DNA of 64,000 nt from Eledone cirrhosa (GCA_964016885.1 OZ024762.1:15376001-15440000); one strand, 5' to 3'; shown: positions 29,092 to 43,553, counted from the stretch's first letter. Program-made: numbers and translations. Notes: generated by a model not told the origin, from the letters alone.

Positions 29092-29430
29092 AGGAGGCAC
29101 ATGGTTTAGTGGTTAGAACATTGGCCTTGCAATCGAAAGGTTGTGAGTTCAATTCTCAGACCGGGCGATGTGTTGTTTCCTTGAGCAAGACACTTTATTT
29201 CACATTGCTCCAGTTTACTCAGCTGTAGAAATGAGATGATAGGGACTGGGGTCCCTATCATTCCACTGCAAAGTGGTCGTGGAGGTGCCACGGCAAAAAG
29301 GCACCCAGCACTCACTGTAAATGAGGTTGGTGTTAGGTAGGGCATCCAGCTGTAGAAATCCAGCCAGAATCAGTTCCCGTCCCACCTTTGCAAGCAGGGA
29401 AAAAGCGGACGTAAAATGAGATGAAATGAA
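29092..29430 (+). mobile_element. SINE family 2 (CORE-like), full length
   Basis: Box A tggtttagtggttag, box B gagttcaattc, CORE-like segment and (atgaa)n tail. Confidence 0.85.
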
Positions 29431-29469
29431 ATGAATACACATTTATGTATATACACATTTATGTATATA

Positions 29470-29507
<38 letters not shown>

Positions 29508-29665
29508 AACCAGTAAGAACCCGACGGCTGAGCTCAAGCCGTTTCGACGGCTAATTCTGGACTTTGGTGCGTTCTGGTCCACCTGGTTCCTTACCACATT
29601 TCCTTCGTTATATATATATATATATATATATAAATTTTTATGATGTCTACCTGTTATTATTCATT

Positions 29666-29736
<71 letters not shown>

Positions 29737-29870
29737 CATGTAAAGTTATATTTAAAATTGTTGGGTTACAACTAGTAAATATTTATAACTGATATAAAAG
29801 CACTCGACAAATATTTGGAGTATATTTACAATATTAAATAAATGGAAAACTATATTTATAAAACCATATT

Positions 29871-29936
29871 TATTTCATTATATATATTTCGGGGATATCA
29901 TATTAACAATATGCTATGCCTTCATCAGACAAAATA
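29871..29936 (-). ncRNA. Hammerhead ribozyme, family A (left arm of foldback 29828-30140)
   Basis: Reverse complement of the + copy at 30031. Confidence 0.75.
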
Positions 29937-30030
29937 CAATATAAACAGTTTTATAGATAAATATATTCGACATACCGTAATAAACATCAACTTCATTCGA
30001 ATATATTTATCTATAAAACTGTTTATATTG

Positions 30031-30096
30031 TATTTTGTCTGATGAAGGCATAGCATATTGTTAATATGATATCCCCGAAATATATATAATGAAATA
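30031..30096 (+). ncRNA. Hammerhead ribozyme, family A (right arm)
   Basis: tattttgt-CTGATGA-aggcatagcatatt gtt aatatgatatcccc-GAAA-tatata-TA-atgaaata. Confidence 0.75.
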
Positions 30097-30134
30097 AATA
30101 TGGTTTTATAAATATAGTTTTCCATTTATTTAAT

Positions 30135-30182
<48 letters not shown>

Positions 30183-30404
30183 AACCAGTAAGACCCCGAC
30201 AGCTGAGCTCAAGCCGTTTCGACGGCTAATTCTGGACATGTTTCGACGGCTAATTCTGGACATTATTAGTCCAGAACTAGCCGTCGAAACGGCTTGAGCT
30301 CAGCTGTCGGAGTCTTACTGGTTCCTATTACCCACTCTACTACCGCAAGTATTGAGTACTTTGGTGCGTTATGGTCCACCTGGTTCCTTACCACATCTCA
30401 TTCG

Positions 30405-30497
<93 letters not shown>

Positions 30498-30579
30498 TAC
30501 ACTTTAAGATGATGAATTTACTATAGGATTATAAACAACATTATTCAACTGTTCATTTTGTCAGTCTTTCTGTGAGTCA

Positions 30580-30653
<74 letters not shown>

Positions 30654-30841
30654 TTATACTTGGGGAGAGTCATACTGTTGTTATAATATTGCCAGAAATA
30701 ATAACAGAACACATTCACTGTTTGATTGGTTTTCGCTTCTGTATCTTTTATATCTCCATAGTTAATTTATTTGGCAATCTACGTTTATTATTGATTGACC
30801 AACGGTTAAAAATACAGATATAAATATATATATATATAGTC

Positions 30842-30885
30842 TATCAAAGTTCTTTCGTTGCACATCTGCAACATCATCAGTGGTA
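30842..30885 (-). ncRNA. Hammerhead motif, family E2
   Basis: Reverse complement reads tacca-CTGATGA-t gttgca gatg tgcaac-GAAA-gaac-TT-tgata; stem II is perfect and stem I is weak. Confidence 0.55.
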
Positions 30886-30963
30886 CTATTATGTCCCCTC
30901 CTAATGTATTGTAATGTCTACGCCGTATATATATATATATATCCATATCCATATATATGTATA

Positions 30964-31030
<67 letters not shown>

Positions 31031-31166
31031 GTCCAGAATTAGCCGTCGAAACGGCTTGAGCTCAGCCGTCGGGATCTTACTCGTTCATATTACCCACTCT
31101 ACTACCCTAAGTATTGAGTACTTTGGTGGGTTATGGTCCATCTGGTTCCTTACCACATTTCTTTCG

Positions 31167-31226
<60 letters not shown>

Positions 31227-31450
31227 TTATTAAAATAACAGATTAAAGTTTAAGCAAAGAATCGCTGCTTTCACCCTTAACGCGATCTTCTGAAACTAAC
31301 CTTAGTTTCAGAAGATCCCGTTAAGGGTGAAAGCAGCGATTCTTTGCTTAAACTTTAATCTGTTATTTTAATAAATATTTGCTCTACGGTTCTCATATAT
31401 TTATCCTTATCGAGCCCTCTTTGGATTTTAGTCTTCAAATTTATTATTAT

Positions 31451-31560
<110 letters not shown>

Positions 31561-31652
31561 ATATATATATTTGTATGTATATATAACCGTAGAAGTCATG
31601 ACCAGAAGGGTTGGGATGTCAATCTCTGTAATGTTGGGGCTTCAAAATATGT

Positions 31653-32540
31653 GTTAAAGACACGACAACCTTTATAGTGTTGGTGAACTACACAATAAAT
31701 ACACCCAGTACACTCTGTAAAGTCTGGAGATGTCTTCAGTTGGGTTAAAGACACGACAACCTTTATAGTGTTGGTGAACTACACAATAAATACACCCAGT
31801 ACACTCTGTAAAGTCTAGAGATGTCTTCAGTTGTGTTAAAGACACGACAACCTTTATAGTGTTGGTGAACTACACAATAAATACACCCAGTACACTCTGT
31901 AAAGTCTGGAGATGTCTTCAGTTGGGTTAAAGACACGACAACCTTTATAGTGTTGGTGAACTACACAATAAATACACCCAGTACACTCTGTAAAGTCTAG
32001 AGATGTCTTCAGTTGTGTTAAAGACACGACAACCTTTATAATGTTGGTGAACTACCCAATAAATACACCCAGTACACTCTGTAAAGTCTGGAGGTGTCTT
32101 CAGTTGTGTTAAAGACACGACAACCTTTATAATGTTGGTGAACTACCCAATAAATACACCCAGTACACTCTGTAAAGTCTGGAGGTGTCTTCAGTTGTGT
32201 TAAAGACACGACAACCTTTATAATGTTGGTGAACTACACAATAAATACACCCAGTACACTCTGTAAAGTCTGGAGGTGTCTTCAGTTGTGTTAAAGACAC
32301 GACAACCTTTATAATGTTGGTGAACTACACAATAAATACACCCAGTACACTCTGTAAAGTCTGGAGATGTCTTCAGTTGGGTTAAAGACACGACAACCTT
32401 TATAATGTTGGTGATCTACACAATAAATACACCCAGTACACTCTGTAAAGTTTGGAGGTGTCTTCAGTTGTGCCAAGAGCACACGACAACCCCTCAATGT
32501 TGGTGATCTACACGATAATACACCCAGTACACTCTGTAGA
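31653..32540. repeat. 91-bp minisatellite, about 10 copies
   Basis: gttaaagacacgacaacctttata...cacccagtacactctgtaaagtctggagatgtcttca recurs at 31653, 31744, 31835 and onward. Confidence 0.95.
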
Positions 32541-32805
32541 GTGGCTGGGGATAGGAAGGGCACCCTGCCGTAGAAAACCTGCAAAAGGTTCCGGTGGACT
32601 CCTGGGCTGTTTCGTAAACATGACAGCCTCCCTAATGTCGGTGCCACGATAAAATGCCCTCGGTGGACCCTGTTGAGGGCAACAAGGTGTAAGGCAGAAC
32701 CCCCAGGCCCGTCCGAGAGACCCGTGGCTTTCATTAAATGCTGACCTGGCCTCTAACGACCCCTCCAACTATTGTTGGCAGGGGATAAGGACGTTAAATG
32801 ATGGT
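32520..32805 (+). mobile_element. SINE-like 3' region related to family 2
   Basis: aggaagggcaccctgccgtagaaa and terminal ggacgttaaatgatg parallel the family-2 tail. Confidence 0.6.
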
Positions 32806-33695
32806 GATGATGCTGATGATGGTTGTGGTGATGGTGGTGGTGGTGGTGGTGGTGATGGTGATGGTGGTGGTGGTGGTGATGGTGGTGGTGGTGATGGTGC
32901 TGATGATGGTTGTGGTGATGGTGGTGGTGGTGGTGGTGGTGGTGGTGATGGTGGTGGTGGTGGTGGTGGTGATGATGGTGATGGTGGTGGTGATGATGAT
33001 GATGATGACACACGCACATACCCCCCCCCACACACACCATACCACACACACCCAGTCCCCCCCCCACCGTACCACACACACACCATACCACACACAAACA
33101 GTTCCACACACACACACACACACTACCACACACACACACACACACACACTACCACACACAAACAATACCACACACAAACACTACCACACACACACACTAC
33201 CACACACAAACACTAACCCCTCCACCCCCACACACACACTACCACACACACAACCACACACACTACCACAGCGTCTCACTGAATCTCCCTGAGAACGATG
33301 TTAAAGGTACACGTCACTGTGCGGAATACTCAGCCACTTAACTAAACGTCGTTCCGTTGATCGAGCAAGTGGCGTGGAGTGGTATAAACTCTAAACCGAC
33401 GGAGATCCCTCATTATATCGTTACACAAATAAACACCCTTCCTTCACTGAATCACGAACAGACAGACCCCTTAAATGGGGCTCCGATCCCTAATTGATGC
33501 TAGGTCGGGGGTCGACAGGGATTAAGGTAGACATACAGGTAGGATTAACACCTGAATGAAAAGAAGGGAATGTTAGATTGAGGGGTAGGCAAGGAAGGGG
33601 GTCATCCTTAACAGCAGTCCCCTAGCCACTGACTTCTACTGGAGTGCTATAAAGGTATGTACTGTATGAGGGATGTGTGTGCCTGTGTGTGGGTT

Positions 33696-36270
33696 TCTGT
33701 GTGTTGTATGGTGGGTGTGTATGTGTGTTGTATGGTGGGTGTGTATGTGTGTTGTATGGTGTGTGTGTATGTGTGTTGTATGGTGGGTGTGTATGTGTGT
33801 TGTATGGTGGGTGTGTATGTGTGTTGTATGGTGGGTGTGTATATGTGTTGTATGGTGGGTGTGTATGTGTGTTGTATGGTGGGTGTGTATATGTGTTGTA
33901 TGGTGGGTGTGTATGTGTGTTGTATGGTGGGTGTGTATGTGTGTTGTATGGTGGGTGTGTATGTGTGTTGTATGGTGGGTGTGTATGTGTGTTGTATGGT
34001 GGGTGTGTATGTGTGTTGTATGGTGTATGTGTATGTGTGTTGTATGGTGGGTGTGTATGTGTGTTGTATGGTGGGTGTGTATGTGTGTTGTATGGTGGGT
34101 GTGTATGTGTGTTGTATGGTGGGTGTGTATATGTGTTGTATGGTGTGTGTGTATGTGTGTTGTATGGTGGGTGTGTATGTGTGTTGTATGGTGGGTGTGT
34201 ATGTGTGTTGTATGGTGGGTGTGTATATGTGTTGTATGGTGGGTGTGTATGTGTGTTGTATGGTGGGTGTGTATATGTGTTGTATGGTGGGTGTGTATGT
34301 GTGTTGTATGGTGGGTGTGTATGTGTGTTGTATGGTGGGTGTGTATATGTGTTGTATGGTGGGTGTGTATATGTGTTGTATGGTGGGTGTGTATGTGTGT
34401 TGTATGGTGGGTGTGTATGTGTGTTGTATGGTGGGTGTGTATGTGTGTTGTATGGTGGGTGTGTATGTGTGTTGTATGGTGGGTGTGTATATGTGTTGTA
34501 TGGTGTGTGTGTATGTGTGTTGTATGGTGGGTGTGTATGTGTGTTGTATGGTGGGTGTGTATGTGTGTTGTATGGTGGGTGTGTATATGTGTTGTATGGT
34601 GGGTGTGTATGTGTGTTGTATGGTGGGTGTGTATATGTGTTGTATGGTGGGTGTGTATGTGTGTTGTATGGTGGGTGTGTATGTGTGTTGTATGGTGGGT
34701 GTGTATGTGTGTTGTATGGTGGGTGTGTATGTGTGTTGTATGGTGGGTGTGTATGTGTGTTGTATGGTGTATGTGTATGTGTGTTGTATGGTGGGTGTGT
34801 ATGTGTGTTGTATGGTGGGTGTGTATGTGTGTTGTATGGTGGGTGTGTATGTGTGTTGTATGGTGGGTGTGTATATGTGTTGTATGGTGGGTGTGTATAT
34901 GTGTTGTATGGTGGGTGTGTATGTGTGTTGTATGGTGGGTGTGTATGTGTGTTGTATGGTGGGTGTGTATGTGTGTTGTATGGTGGGTGTGTATGTGTGT
35001 TGTATGGTGGGTGTGTATGTGTGTTGTATGGTGTGTGTGTATGTGTGTTGTATGGTGCGTGTGTATGTGTGTTGTATGGTGGGTGTGTATGTGTGTTGTA
35101 TGGTGGGTGTGTATGTGTGTTGTATGGTGGGTGTGTATGTGTGTTGTATGGTGGGTGTGTATGTGTGTTGTATGGTGGGTGTGTATGTGTGTTGTATGGT
35201 GGGTGTGTATGTGTGTTGTATGGTGGGTGTGTATGTGTGTTGTATGGTGGGTGTGTATGTGTGTTGTATGGTGGGTGTGTATGTGTGTTGTATGGTGGGT
35301 GTGTATGTGTGTTGTATGGTGGGTGTGTATGTGTGTTGTATGGTGGGTGTGTATGTGTGTTGTATGGTGGGTGTGTATGTGTGTTGTATGGTGGGTGTGT
35401 ATGTGTGTTGTATGGTGTGTGTGTATGTGTGTTGTATGGTGCGTGTGTATGTGTGTTGTATGGTGGGTGTGTATGTGTGTTGTATGGTGGGTGTGTATGT
35501 GTGTTGTATGGTGGGTGTGTATGTGTGTTGTATGGTGGGTGTGTATGTGTGTTGTATGGTGGGTGTGTATGTGTGTTGTATGGTGGGTGTGTATGTGTGT
35601 TGTATGGTGGGTGTGTATGTGTGTTGTATGGTGGGTGTGTATGTGTGTTGTATGGTGGGTGTGTATGTGTGTTGTATGGTGGGTGTGTATGTGTGTTGTA
35701 TGGTGGGTGTGTATGTGTGTTGTATGGTGGGTGTGTATGTGTGTTGTATGGTGGGTGTGTATGTGTGTTGTATGGTGGGTGTGTATGTGTGTTGTATGGT
35801 GGGTGTGTATGTGTGTTGTATGGTGGGTGTGTATGTGTGTTGTATGGTGGGTGTGTATGTGTGTTGTATGGTGGGTGTGTATGTGTGTTGTATGGTGGGT
35901 GTGTATGTGTGTTGTATGGTGGGTGTGTATGTGTGTTGTATGGTGGGTGTGTATGTGTGTTGTATGGTGGGTGTGTATGTGTGTTGTATGGTGGGTGTGT
36001 ATGTGTGTTGTATGGTGGGTGTGTATGTGTGTTGTATGGTGGGTGTGTATGTGTGTTGTATGGTGGGTGTGTATGTGTGTTGTATGGTGGGTGTGTATGT
36101 GTGTTGTATGGTGGGTGTGTATGTGTGTTGTATGGTGTATGTGTATGGTGGGTATGTATGTGTGTTGTATGGTGGGTGTGTATGTGTGTTGTATGGTGGG
36201 TGTGTATGTGTGTTGTATGGTGTATGTGTATGGTGGGTGTGTATGTGTGTTGTATGGTGGGTGTGTATGT
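33696..36270. repeat. 24-bp minisatellite (tatggtgggtgtgtatgtgtgttg)n, about 105 copies
   Basis: Direct reading; a stop-free unit gives the ~890-aa pseudo-ORFs in four frames. Confidence 0.97.
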
Positions 36271-36480
36271 GTGTATGTGTGTATGTGTATGTGTATGTGT
36301 GTATGTGTATGTGTAGATGTTTATATATAGACACGGAGATAGTTCTCTCCTAGATTTGTTCGCGTGTGTTTATATATATATGTATGTATGTATATATATA
36401 TGTATGTATATATATATATATGTATGTATATATATATATGTATGTATATATATATGTATGTATATATATATATATATGTG

Positions 36481-36513
<33 letters not shown>

Positions 36514-36538
36514 ATATATATGTATATATATATGTATG

Positions 36539-36579
<41 letters not shown>

Positions 36580-36606
36580 ATATATATATATGTATATATA
36601 TATATG

Positions 36607-36663
<57 letters not shown>

Positions 36664-36696
36664 ATGTATACATATATATATATGTATATATATATG

Positions 36697-36788
<92 letters not shown>

Positions 36789-36806
36789 AAGAGATGAGTG
36801 GAGAGG

Positions 36807-36872
<66 letters not shown>

Positions 36873-37135
36873 GTGTGTATACATATCTACTGTATGTATG
36901 TTTGTCTCTTAATTTTGAGTTTATATTGGCAAACTTGTAAAGATAAAGGAAACATTGGGCCCTACTTTGTGCCAGCGTTCATCCTTTGAATGCAACAAAT
37001 GTTTTAACAGATTTTCAAGGTCCAGGAACCGTGGCCCTATTTAGCTTATGAATTAAGGAGCTGAGTTTTTTCTCCACAAATCTTTTCTTCGGGCAGGTTG
37101 GGATATAACCTGTAGCTTTAATAATAATAATAATA

Positions 37136-37300
37136 ATTGTTTCTACTTTAGGCACAAGGCCAACAATTATCCCAGTGCATTACTGGTACTTTATTTTATC
37201 GACCCCGTAAGGATGAAAGGCAACGTCAACCTCGGCGGGATTTGAACTCAGACCGTAAAGGGCCGTAACTCCATGCCTCTAAGCATGGTGTCTGACACTC
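37136..37300 (-). mobile_element. SINE family 1 abutting (TAA)n
   Basis: Identity to the 17172 copy. Confidence 0.85.
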
Positions 37301-37679
37301 TGAGGTCGATTTAATCGACTTTCCCCTCCCCCAAAATTGCTGGCCTTGTGGCTATATAAGAAACCATTATTATTATTATGATGATTGTAATGATGCTGCT
37401 GCTGCTGATGATGGTTATGATGATGATGATGATGATGATGATGATTATGATTTTGATGATGATGATTGATAGTGATGATGATGACGATCGTGATGATGGT
37501 TATGATGATGTGTTGTAAAACTGTTTTGGAGACAGTGTTTCAGTAGTAAAGGCATGAATAGGTGTGTCACGTGTTAATAGGTGTGTCACGTGATAATAGG
37601 TGTGTCACGTGTAAACAAAAGAGAAAGAAAGAAAGAAATATGACATAAAGAGAGCTTTGTGTTGAATTACTGGTTATTA

Positions 37680-37716
<37 letters not shown>

Positions 37717-37733
37717 GGGTCCGTCAAATTCTT

Positions 37734-37829
<96 letters not shown>

Positions 37830-37916
37830 CATATACATATATATGACTTAATAATAGCAAAATATTTAATGAACTTTCAATATACATCGTCAAGAACACA
37901 TCAACAAAAACACTAT

Positions 37917-38740
37917 TAAATACATCATTATCATGTCTCTTAACATATTAATGAACCTTTCTCTCTAATACATCATTAGCCTGCCCCTTAACACATCAAC
38001 AAATCACTATTGAATACATCATTACCATGCCCCTTAACACATTCATAAATCCCTCTCTCCAATACATCATTACCATGCCCCTTAACACATTAATAAATCT
38101 CTGTCTCCAATACATTATTACCATGCTACTTAACACATTAATAAATCTATGTCTCCAATACATCATTACCATCCCCCTTAACACATTAATAAATCTATGT
38201 CTCCAATACACCATTACCATCCCCCTTAATACAGTAATAAATCCCTCTCTCCAAAACATTATTACCATGTCCCTTAACACATTAATAAATCCCTCTCCAA
38301 TACATTATTACCATGCTCCTTAACACATTAATAAATCCCTCTCTCCAATACATCATTACCATGCTCCTTAACACATTAATAAATCTATGTCTCCAATACA
38401 CCACTACCATCCCCCTTAATACAGTAATAAATCCCTCTCTCCAATACATTATTACCATGTCCCTTAACACATTAATAAATCCCTCTCTCCAATACATTAT
38501 TACCATGCTCCTTAACACATTAATAAATCCCTCTCTCCAATACATCATTACCATGCTCCTTAGCACATTAATAAATCCCTCTTTCCAATACATTATTACC
38601 ATGCCCCTTAACACATTCATAAATCCCTCTCTCCAATACATCATTACCATGCCCCCTTAACACATTCATAAATCCTTCTCTCCAATACATTATTACCATG
38701 CCCCTTAACACATTAATAAATCCCTCTCTCCAATACATTT
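37917..38740. repeat. 48-bp minisatellite, about 17 copies
   Basis: Unit aatacatcattaccatgccccttaacacattaataaatccctctctcc. Confidence 0.95.
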
Positions 38741-39089
38741 ATGTAGAATGCATTGCTAAAACATACCAAATGTATATATATGAATTTTGCTTGTTTCAAA
38801 TTAAAAGACAAAAATATATACATTTGTGTGTGTGAATAAATTTGTGTAAATATATGTGTATATATATTTGAGTAAATATATCTGTGTATATATGTTTGTG
38901 TAAATATATCTATGTATATATATTTGTGTAAATACATCTGTGTATATATATTTGTGTAAATATATTTGGGTTGTGTAAATATATTTGTCGTGTGTAAATG
39001 TGTTTGTGTATATATATTTGTGTAAATGTATCTGTGTAAATATATTTGTGTAAATATATGTGTATGTATATATATATATATACACACAC

Positions 39090-39126
<37 letters not shown>

Positions 39127-39543
39127 TATATATATATATATATACATATATATGTGTGCGTGTGTGTGTGTATATATATATCTGTGTATGTGTATGTATA
39201 TGTATATATATGTGTGTAGATATAGGTGTGAAAATATATTTCTGGAAATAGTTCGAGGGTATTTTTTTTTTTCATAGCAGAAGAAAAAGGAGGAGAAAAA
39301 AACCAGAGATGAATTTATCACCGAGAGTATGTTGTGATGATAGCAGACATTCCTGTCTTTCGGGGAACCAAAGTTTCTTGGGGTTTTTTGGTGAGGGTGG
39401 GGGGTGGGTAAGGGGGTGGATGGGGAGGTATTTGGTGGATGGAATATTTGTGATAAATGCATGACTTTTAAGCAACACATCAATCAGTTAATCACTCACT
39501 CATACATTGAAGGGAGAGAGCGAGAGAGGATGAAATAATAATA

Positions 39544-39620
<77 letters not shown>

Positions 39621-40123
39621 TTATCACATTCTGAGAAGTGGTATGAGCATAAGCCAGAGTCGGTGATAGAAAACGATCAGGTGAAGGTGCTGTGGGATTT
39701 TAGGATACAGACGGACAAGAAACTGGAACACAATAGACCTGACCTGGTGGTTTTGGACAAGGAAAAAAGATCGTGCCTGATTGTGGATGTGGCTTGCTCA
39801 TTCGACACGAGAGTGCAAGAAAAGGAGAGGGAGAAAATTAACCGATACCAGGATTTAAAGTGGGAGCTAAAAAGGATTTGGAACTGCCATGAAGTCAAAG
39901 TGATCCCGATTGTCATAGGCGCACTAGGTACTATCTCAAAGAGTTTCCAAGGATGGTTAAAGAAGATTGGTCCCGCCTCGCTTTTTGGAACACTTCAAAA
40001 GGCATGCTTGCTGGGAACAGCATTAACCCTCCGATACGTCCTGAATATCCGAGGCTGCAGGTAGCGGCTTGATATTCATTTCAACAAACTTTCCAGTTAA
40101 ATAACATCAATGACTGAGACTCA
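39621..40123 (+). mobile_element. 5'-truncated R4/Dong-clade LINE (REL endonuclease and 3' UTR) inside (TAA)n
   Basis: KWYEHKPESVIENDQVKVLWDFRIQTDKKLEHNRPDLVVLDK..LIVDVAC..EKINRYQDL..IPIVIGALG..LQKACLLGT has the PD..D catalytic motif. (TAA)n on both sides is the known Dong target. Confidence 0.9.
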
Positions 40124-40163
<40 letters not shown>

Positions 40164-40183
40164 GTAATAATAATAGTAATAAT

Positions 40184-40370
40184 AATTGTTTCTACTTTAG
40201 GCACAAGGCCAGCAATTACCCAGTACATTTCTGGTACTTTATTTTATCGACCCCGTAAGGATGAAAGGCAAAGTTAACCTCGGCGGGATTTGAACTCAGA
40301 ATGTAAAGGGACGTAACTATGCTAGAAAGCATGGCGTCCAGCCCTCCACCGATACTGCCAATCCACCGCC
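40184..40370 (-). mobile_element. SINE family 1, full length, inside (TAA)n
   Basis: Complete head-to-tail match to the 17172 copy. Confidence 0.9.
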
Positions 40371-40570
40371 TAGTAATAATAATGATAGTAATAATAATAA
40401 TAATGATTTTTTAATAATGACAACAACAATAACAACAGGAAAATCCCTCCACTTTTTTATCAGGCCACAACACTCTATCGTCAACTTATATCATCACATG
40501 TAAAATTGACTATTTATAAGTTCACAATTGTATATATATATATATATACTTATATATATATATATATATG

Positions 40571-40603
<33 letters not shown>

Positions 40604-40649
40604 GTATGTATGTGTTTGCATATATGTATGTATATGTATATATGTATAT

Positions 40650-40753
<104 letters not shown>

Positions 40754-40820
40754 CATATATATATATATATATATACACACATACATACATATACACACAC
40801 ACATATATATATATACACAA

Positions 40821-40851
<31 letters not shown>

Positions 40852-41257
40852 CACACACACATATATATATATATATACACATATTCATTTATTTTATTTA
40901 TCATATATTTTTTTCGATTTAGAATCTTTCGGAAGTAAAACAAAAATACAAAACAACATAGAACAACAAAAAACTTTTACGAAAACTCTTACAAAAAAAA
41001 AAAAAATGTTTAAATCAGAAAGAAAGAAAAAGCCCGAGACATTGGAAAACATCCCCAATTATTAATGCCAGACGTGCTACTAACATTCCTTTTTTTTGCA
41101 GCTACATGCCCCTAACGTCAGTCAGTATGCATTAGTTTACCAAGTAACAAAAAAACAAGAAAAAAAAAAAAAAAAACGCATTTATTTACCGCCCACCCAA
41201 CCCCACCATCAATTCCCAGATCTACAAAGTATCAACACTTTCCTTTTCACCAACACT

Positions 41258-41326
<69 letters not shown>

Positions 41327-41431
41327 CTCTCTCTCTCTCACTCTCTCTGGTTTCTTTTTTATTTTACATAACTGTTTTAATTATCTCACAGAAGTCGTTT
41401 TCAATCTTTTCCCAGCGAAAACAGCCCCAAA

Positions 41432-41478
<47 letters not shown>

Positions 41479-41480
<2 letters not shown>

Positions 41481-41900
41481 TGTTTCTACTTTTGGCACAA
41501 GGACAGCAATTAACCCAGTGCATTACTGGTACGTTATTTTATCGACCCCGTAAGGATGAAAGACAAAGTTAACATCGGGCGGGATTTGAAACCAGATCAT
41601 AAAGGAACGTAACTCTATGCTGCATAGCATGGTGTCCGACCCTCTACTGATACTGCCAATCCAAATAAAAATAATGGTTTCTCATATAGGGTCAAGGCCA
41701 GTAATTTGAGGGGTGGGGTCGATTAAATCGACCCCAGTACATTACAGGTACTTTATTGTATCGACCCTGTAAGGATGAAAGGCAAAGTTAACCTCGGCGG
41801 GATTTGAACCCAGAACGCAAAGGGCCATAACTCCTATGCTGCAAATCATGGTGTCTGACGCTCTACCAGTGCATTACTGGTACTTTTATCGACTCTGTAA
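41479..41900 (-). mobile_element. Tandem SINE family 1 copies
   Basis: Copies at 41479-41663 and about 41672-41870, plus a fragment. Confidence 0.85.
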
Positions 41901-42109
41901 GGATAAAAAAAAAAAAATAATGTCTTCTTTATTAACCACAACGGTTGACAAAGTATAACATTAAGGGCAATACAGGACGGTACAAATGGGCATTTCTGCG
42001 AATGTCACAAAAAAAATGAAGCAAAGAAAAATTCCCCAATAGGGGGAGGAGACCTCCGAGGGTCACTCGTGGAGAAATCCCATTAAAAAAGCCATGGTTG
42101 GTGACCCTG

Positions 42110-42400
42110 TTATCGAGAGGTACGAACCACTAGCACGGGGGATAAAACATTTGTGGGAAATGTAAACGGTTGAATTGGTCCCAGTTGTAGTCAGGGTGCT
42201 GGGTACTGTGAGCACCAGAACTGAAAACTATTTTAAAATAACTGGGGCCACCATCAGGGTGGGGCCCTTACAGAAAACATTCCTTGGAACTGTTAGGACA
42301 CTTAGAAAGATGCTTGAGAATTGAAGGTGCGACCTCAGTCATCTGGTTGTGGGCTGAGCTGGCACCTGTATTACATCACCAGCAACAAATGGTGTGTGAC
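42110..42400 (+). mobile_element. Decayed R4/Dong-like LINE 3' end
   Basis: RYEPLARGIKHLWEM*TVELVPVVVRVLGTVS..LQKTFLGTVRTLRKML aligns by eye with the C-terminus of the 39663 ORF. Confidence 0.65.
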
Positions 42401-42548
42401 AAGGTAATTTCTTTATTAACCTCAAGGGTTTAGGAAAAGATCACATTAAGGACGACACGGAACAAAACAATGTGTGTGTGTGTGTTTCTCAGTGTGCTCC
42501 TGTGTATGTGTGTGTGTTATTTGCGTGGGTAAGTGTTTGTGTGTGTGT

Positions 42549-42617
<69 letters not shown>

Positions 42618-42898
42618 CATAAATATATATATGAAAAGATTCAGGACCCCGACGACTGAGCTTCGGCCGTTTCGACAGCTAAACAGCCGGAGCTCAGCCG
42701 TCGAGGACCTGAATCTTTTAATATTACCCACTCTATTACCCCAAGTATCGAGCACTCTAGGGGGTTATGGTCTACCTGGTTTTTACCACACCCTATCTGA
42801 TATATTTATATATGTGTATATATATATATATGTATGACTACTACTACAGGTATTGAAGGTTCAAGACCTTAGGGGTATGTCGAACAGCCAATCTCTTA

Positions 42899-42960
42899 TG
42901 TTTTATCTGATGATGGAGTACTTAAAAACCACAGAACCCTTGAAAATGTATAATAAAATA
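42899..42960 (+). ncRNA. Hammerhead motif, family A, stem II degenerate
   Basis: tgttttat-CTGATGA-...ccctt-GAAA-atgta-TA-ataaaata. Confidence 0.45.
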
Positions 42961-43009
42961 TATATTTTGGTTATGAAAATTCTCATTTATTAATATTTTA
43001 AATATTATA

Positions 43010-43075
<66 letters not shown>

Positions 43076-43123
43076 CATATATATATATATATGTATATAT
43101 ATATACATATATATATACACATA

Positions 43124-43155
<32 letters not shown>

Positions 43156-43275
43156 CAGATGTATATATATATATATATAGATAGATATAGACATATATCA
43201 AGCGTTAACCTAATATATCCCTTCCATATACTGTACCGATTGTGTTGTTATTTCTGCTTACCTTTTACGTACATG

Positions 43276-43334
<59 letters not shown>

Positions 43335-43367
43335 GAAAATTGCAAACTTGACTGTCACCACACAATA

Positions 43368-43406
43368 TGAACCTGAAGATTGCGAAAGCATGAAAGTACT
43401 TGTTCA
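43368..43406 (+). ncRNA. Minimal hammerhead ribozyme, family G
   Basis: tgaac-CTGAAGA-t tgc gaaa gca t-GAAA-gtac-TT-gttca; GNRA-capped stem II and gtac palindrome. Confidence 0.8.
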
Positions 43407-43521
43407 ATTAACACTTAACATTTAATATTCTACCATACTATTTCATTCTAATACCATTATAAATTTTAAAGGATTTTAAATAAAACGAGTAAATCAGACA
43501 AAGTTGGAATTCCTTTTATTA

Positions 43522-43553
<32 letters not shown>

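Noticed and set aside
29092-29165. tRNA gene
   Set aside because: The A and B boxes belong to a SINE head that continues into the SINE body, with no cloverleaf or terminator. The same applies at 17172 and about 59525.
31653-32540. CRISPR-like or ribozyme-array reading of the 91-bp repeat
   Set aside because: There are no unique spacers, and the minus-strand CTGAAGA is not followed by stem II plus GAAA and NUH.
33647-36353. Four ORFs of 879-898 aa
   Set aside because: They are translations of a stop-free 24-bp minisatellite in several frames, with no sign of a real gene.
37996-38660. LRR-like 16-aa periodic ORFs
   Set aside because: Translations of the 48-bp minisatellite on both strands, with frameshifts.
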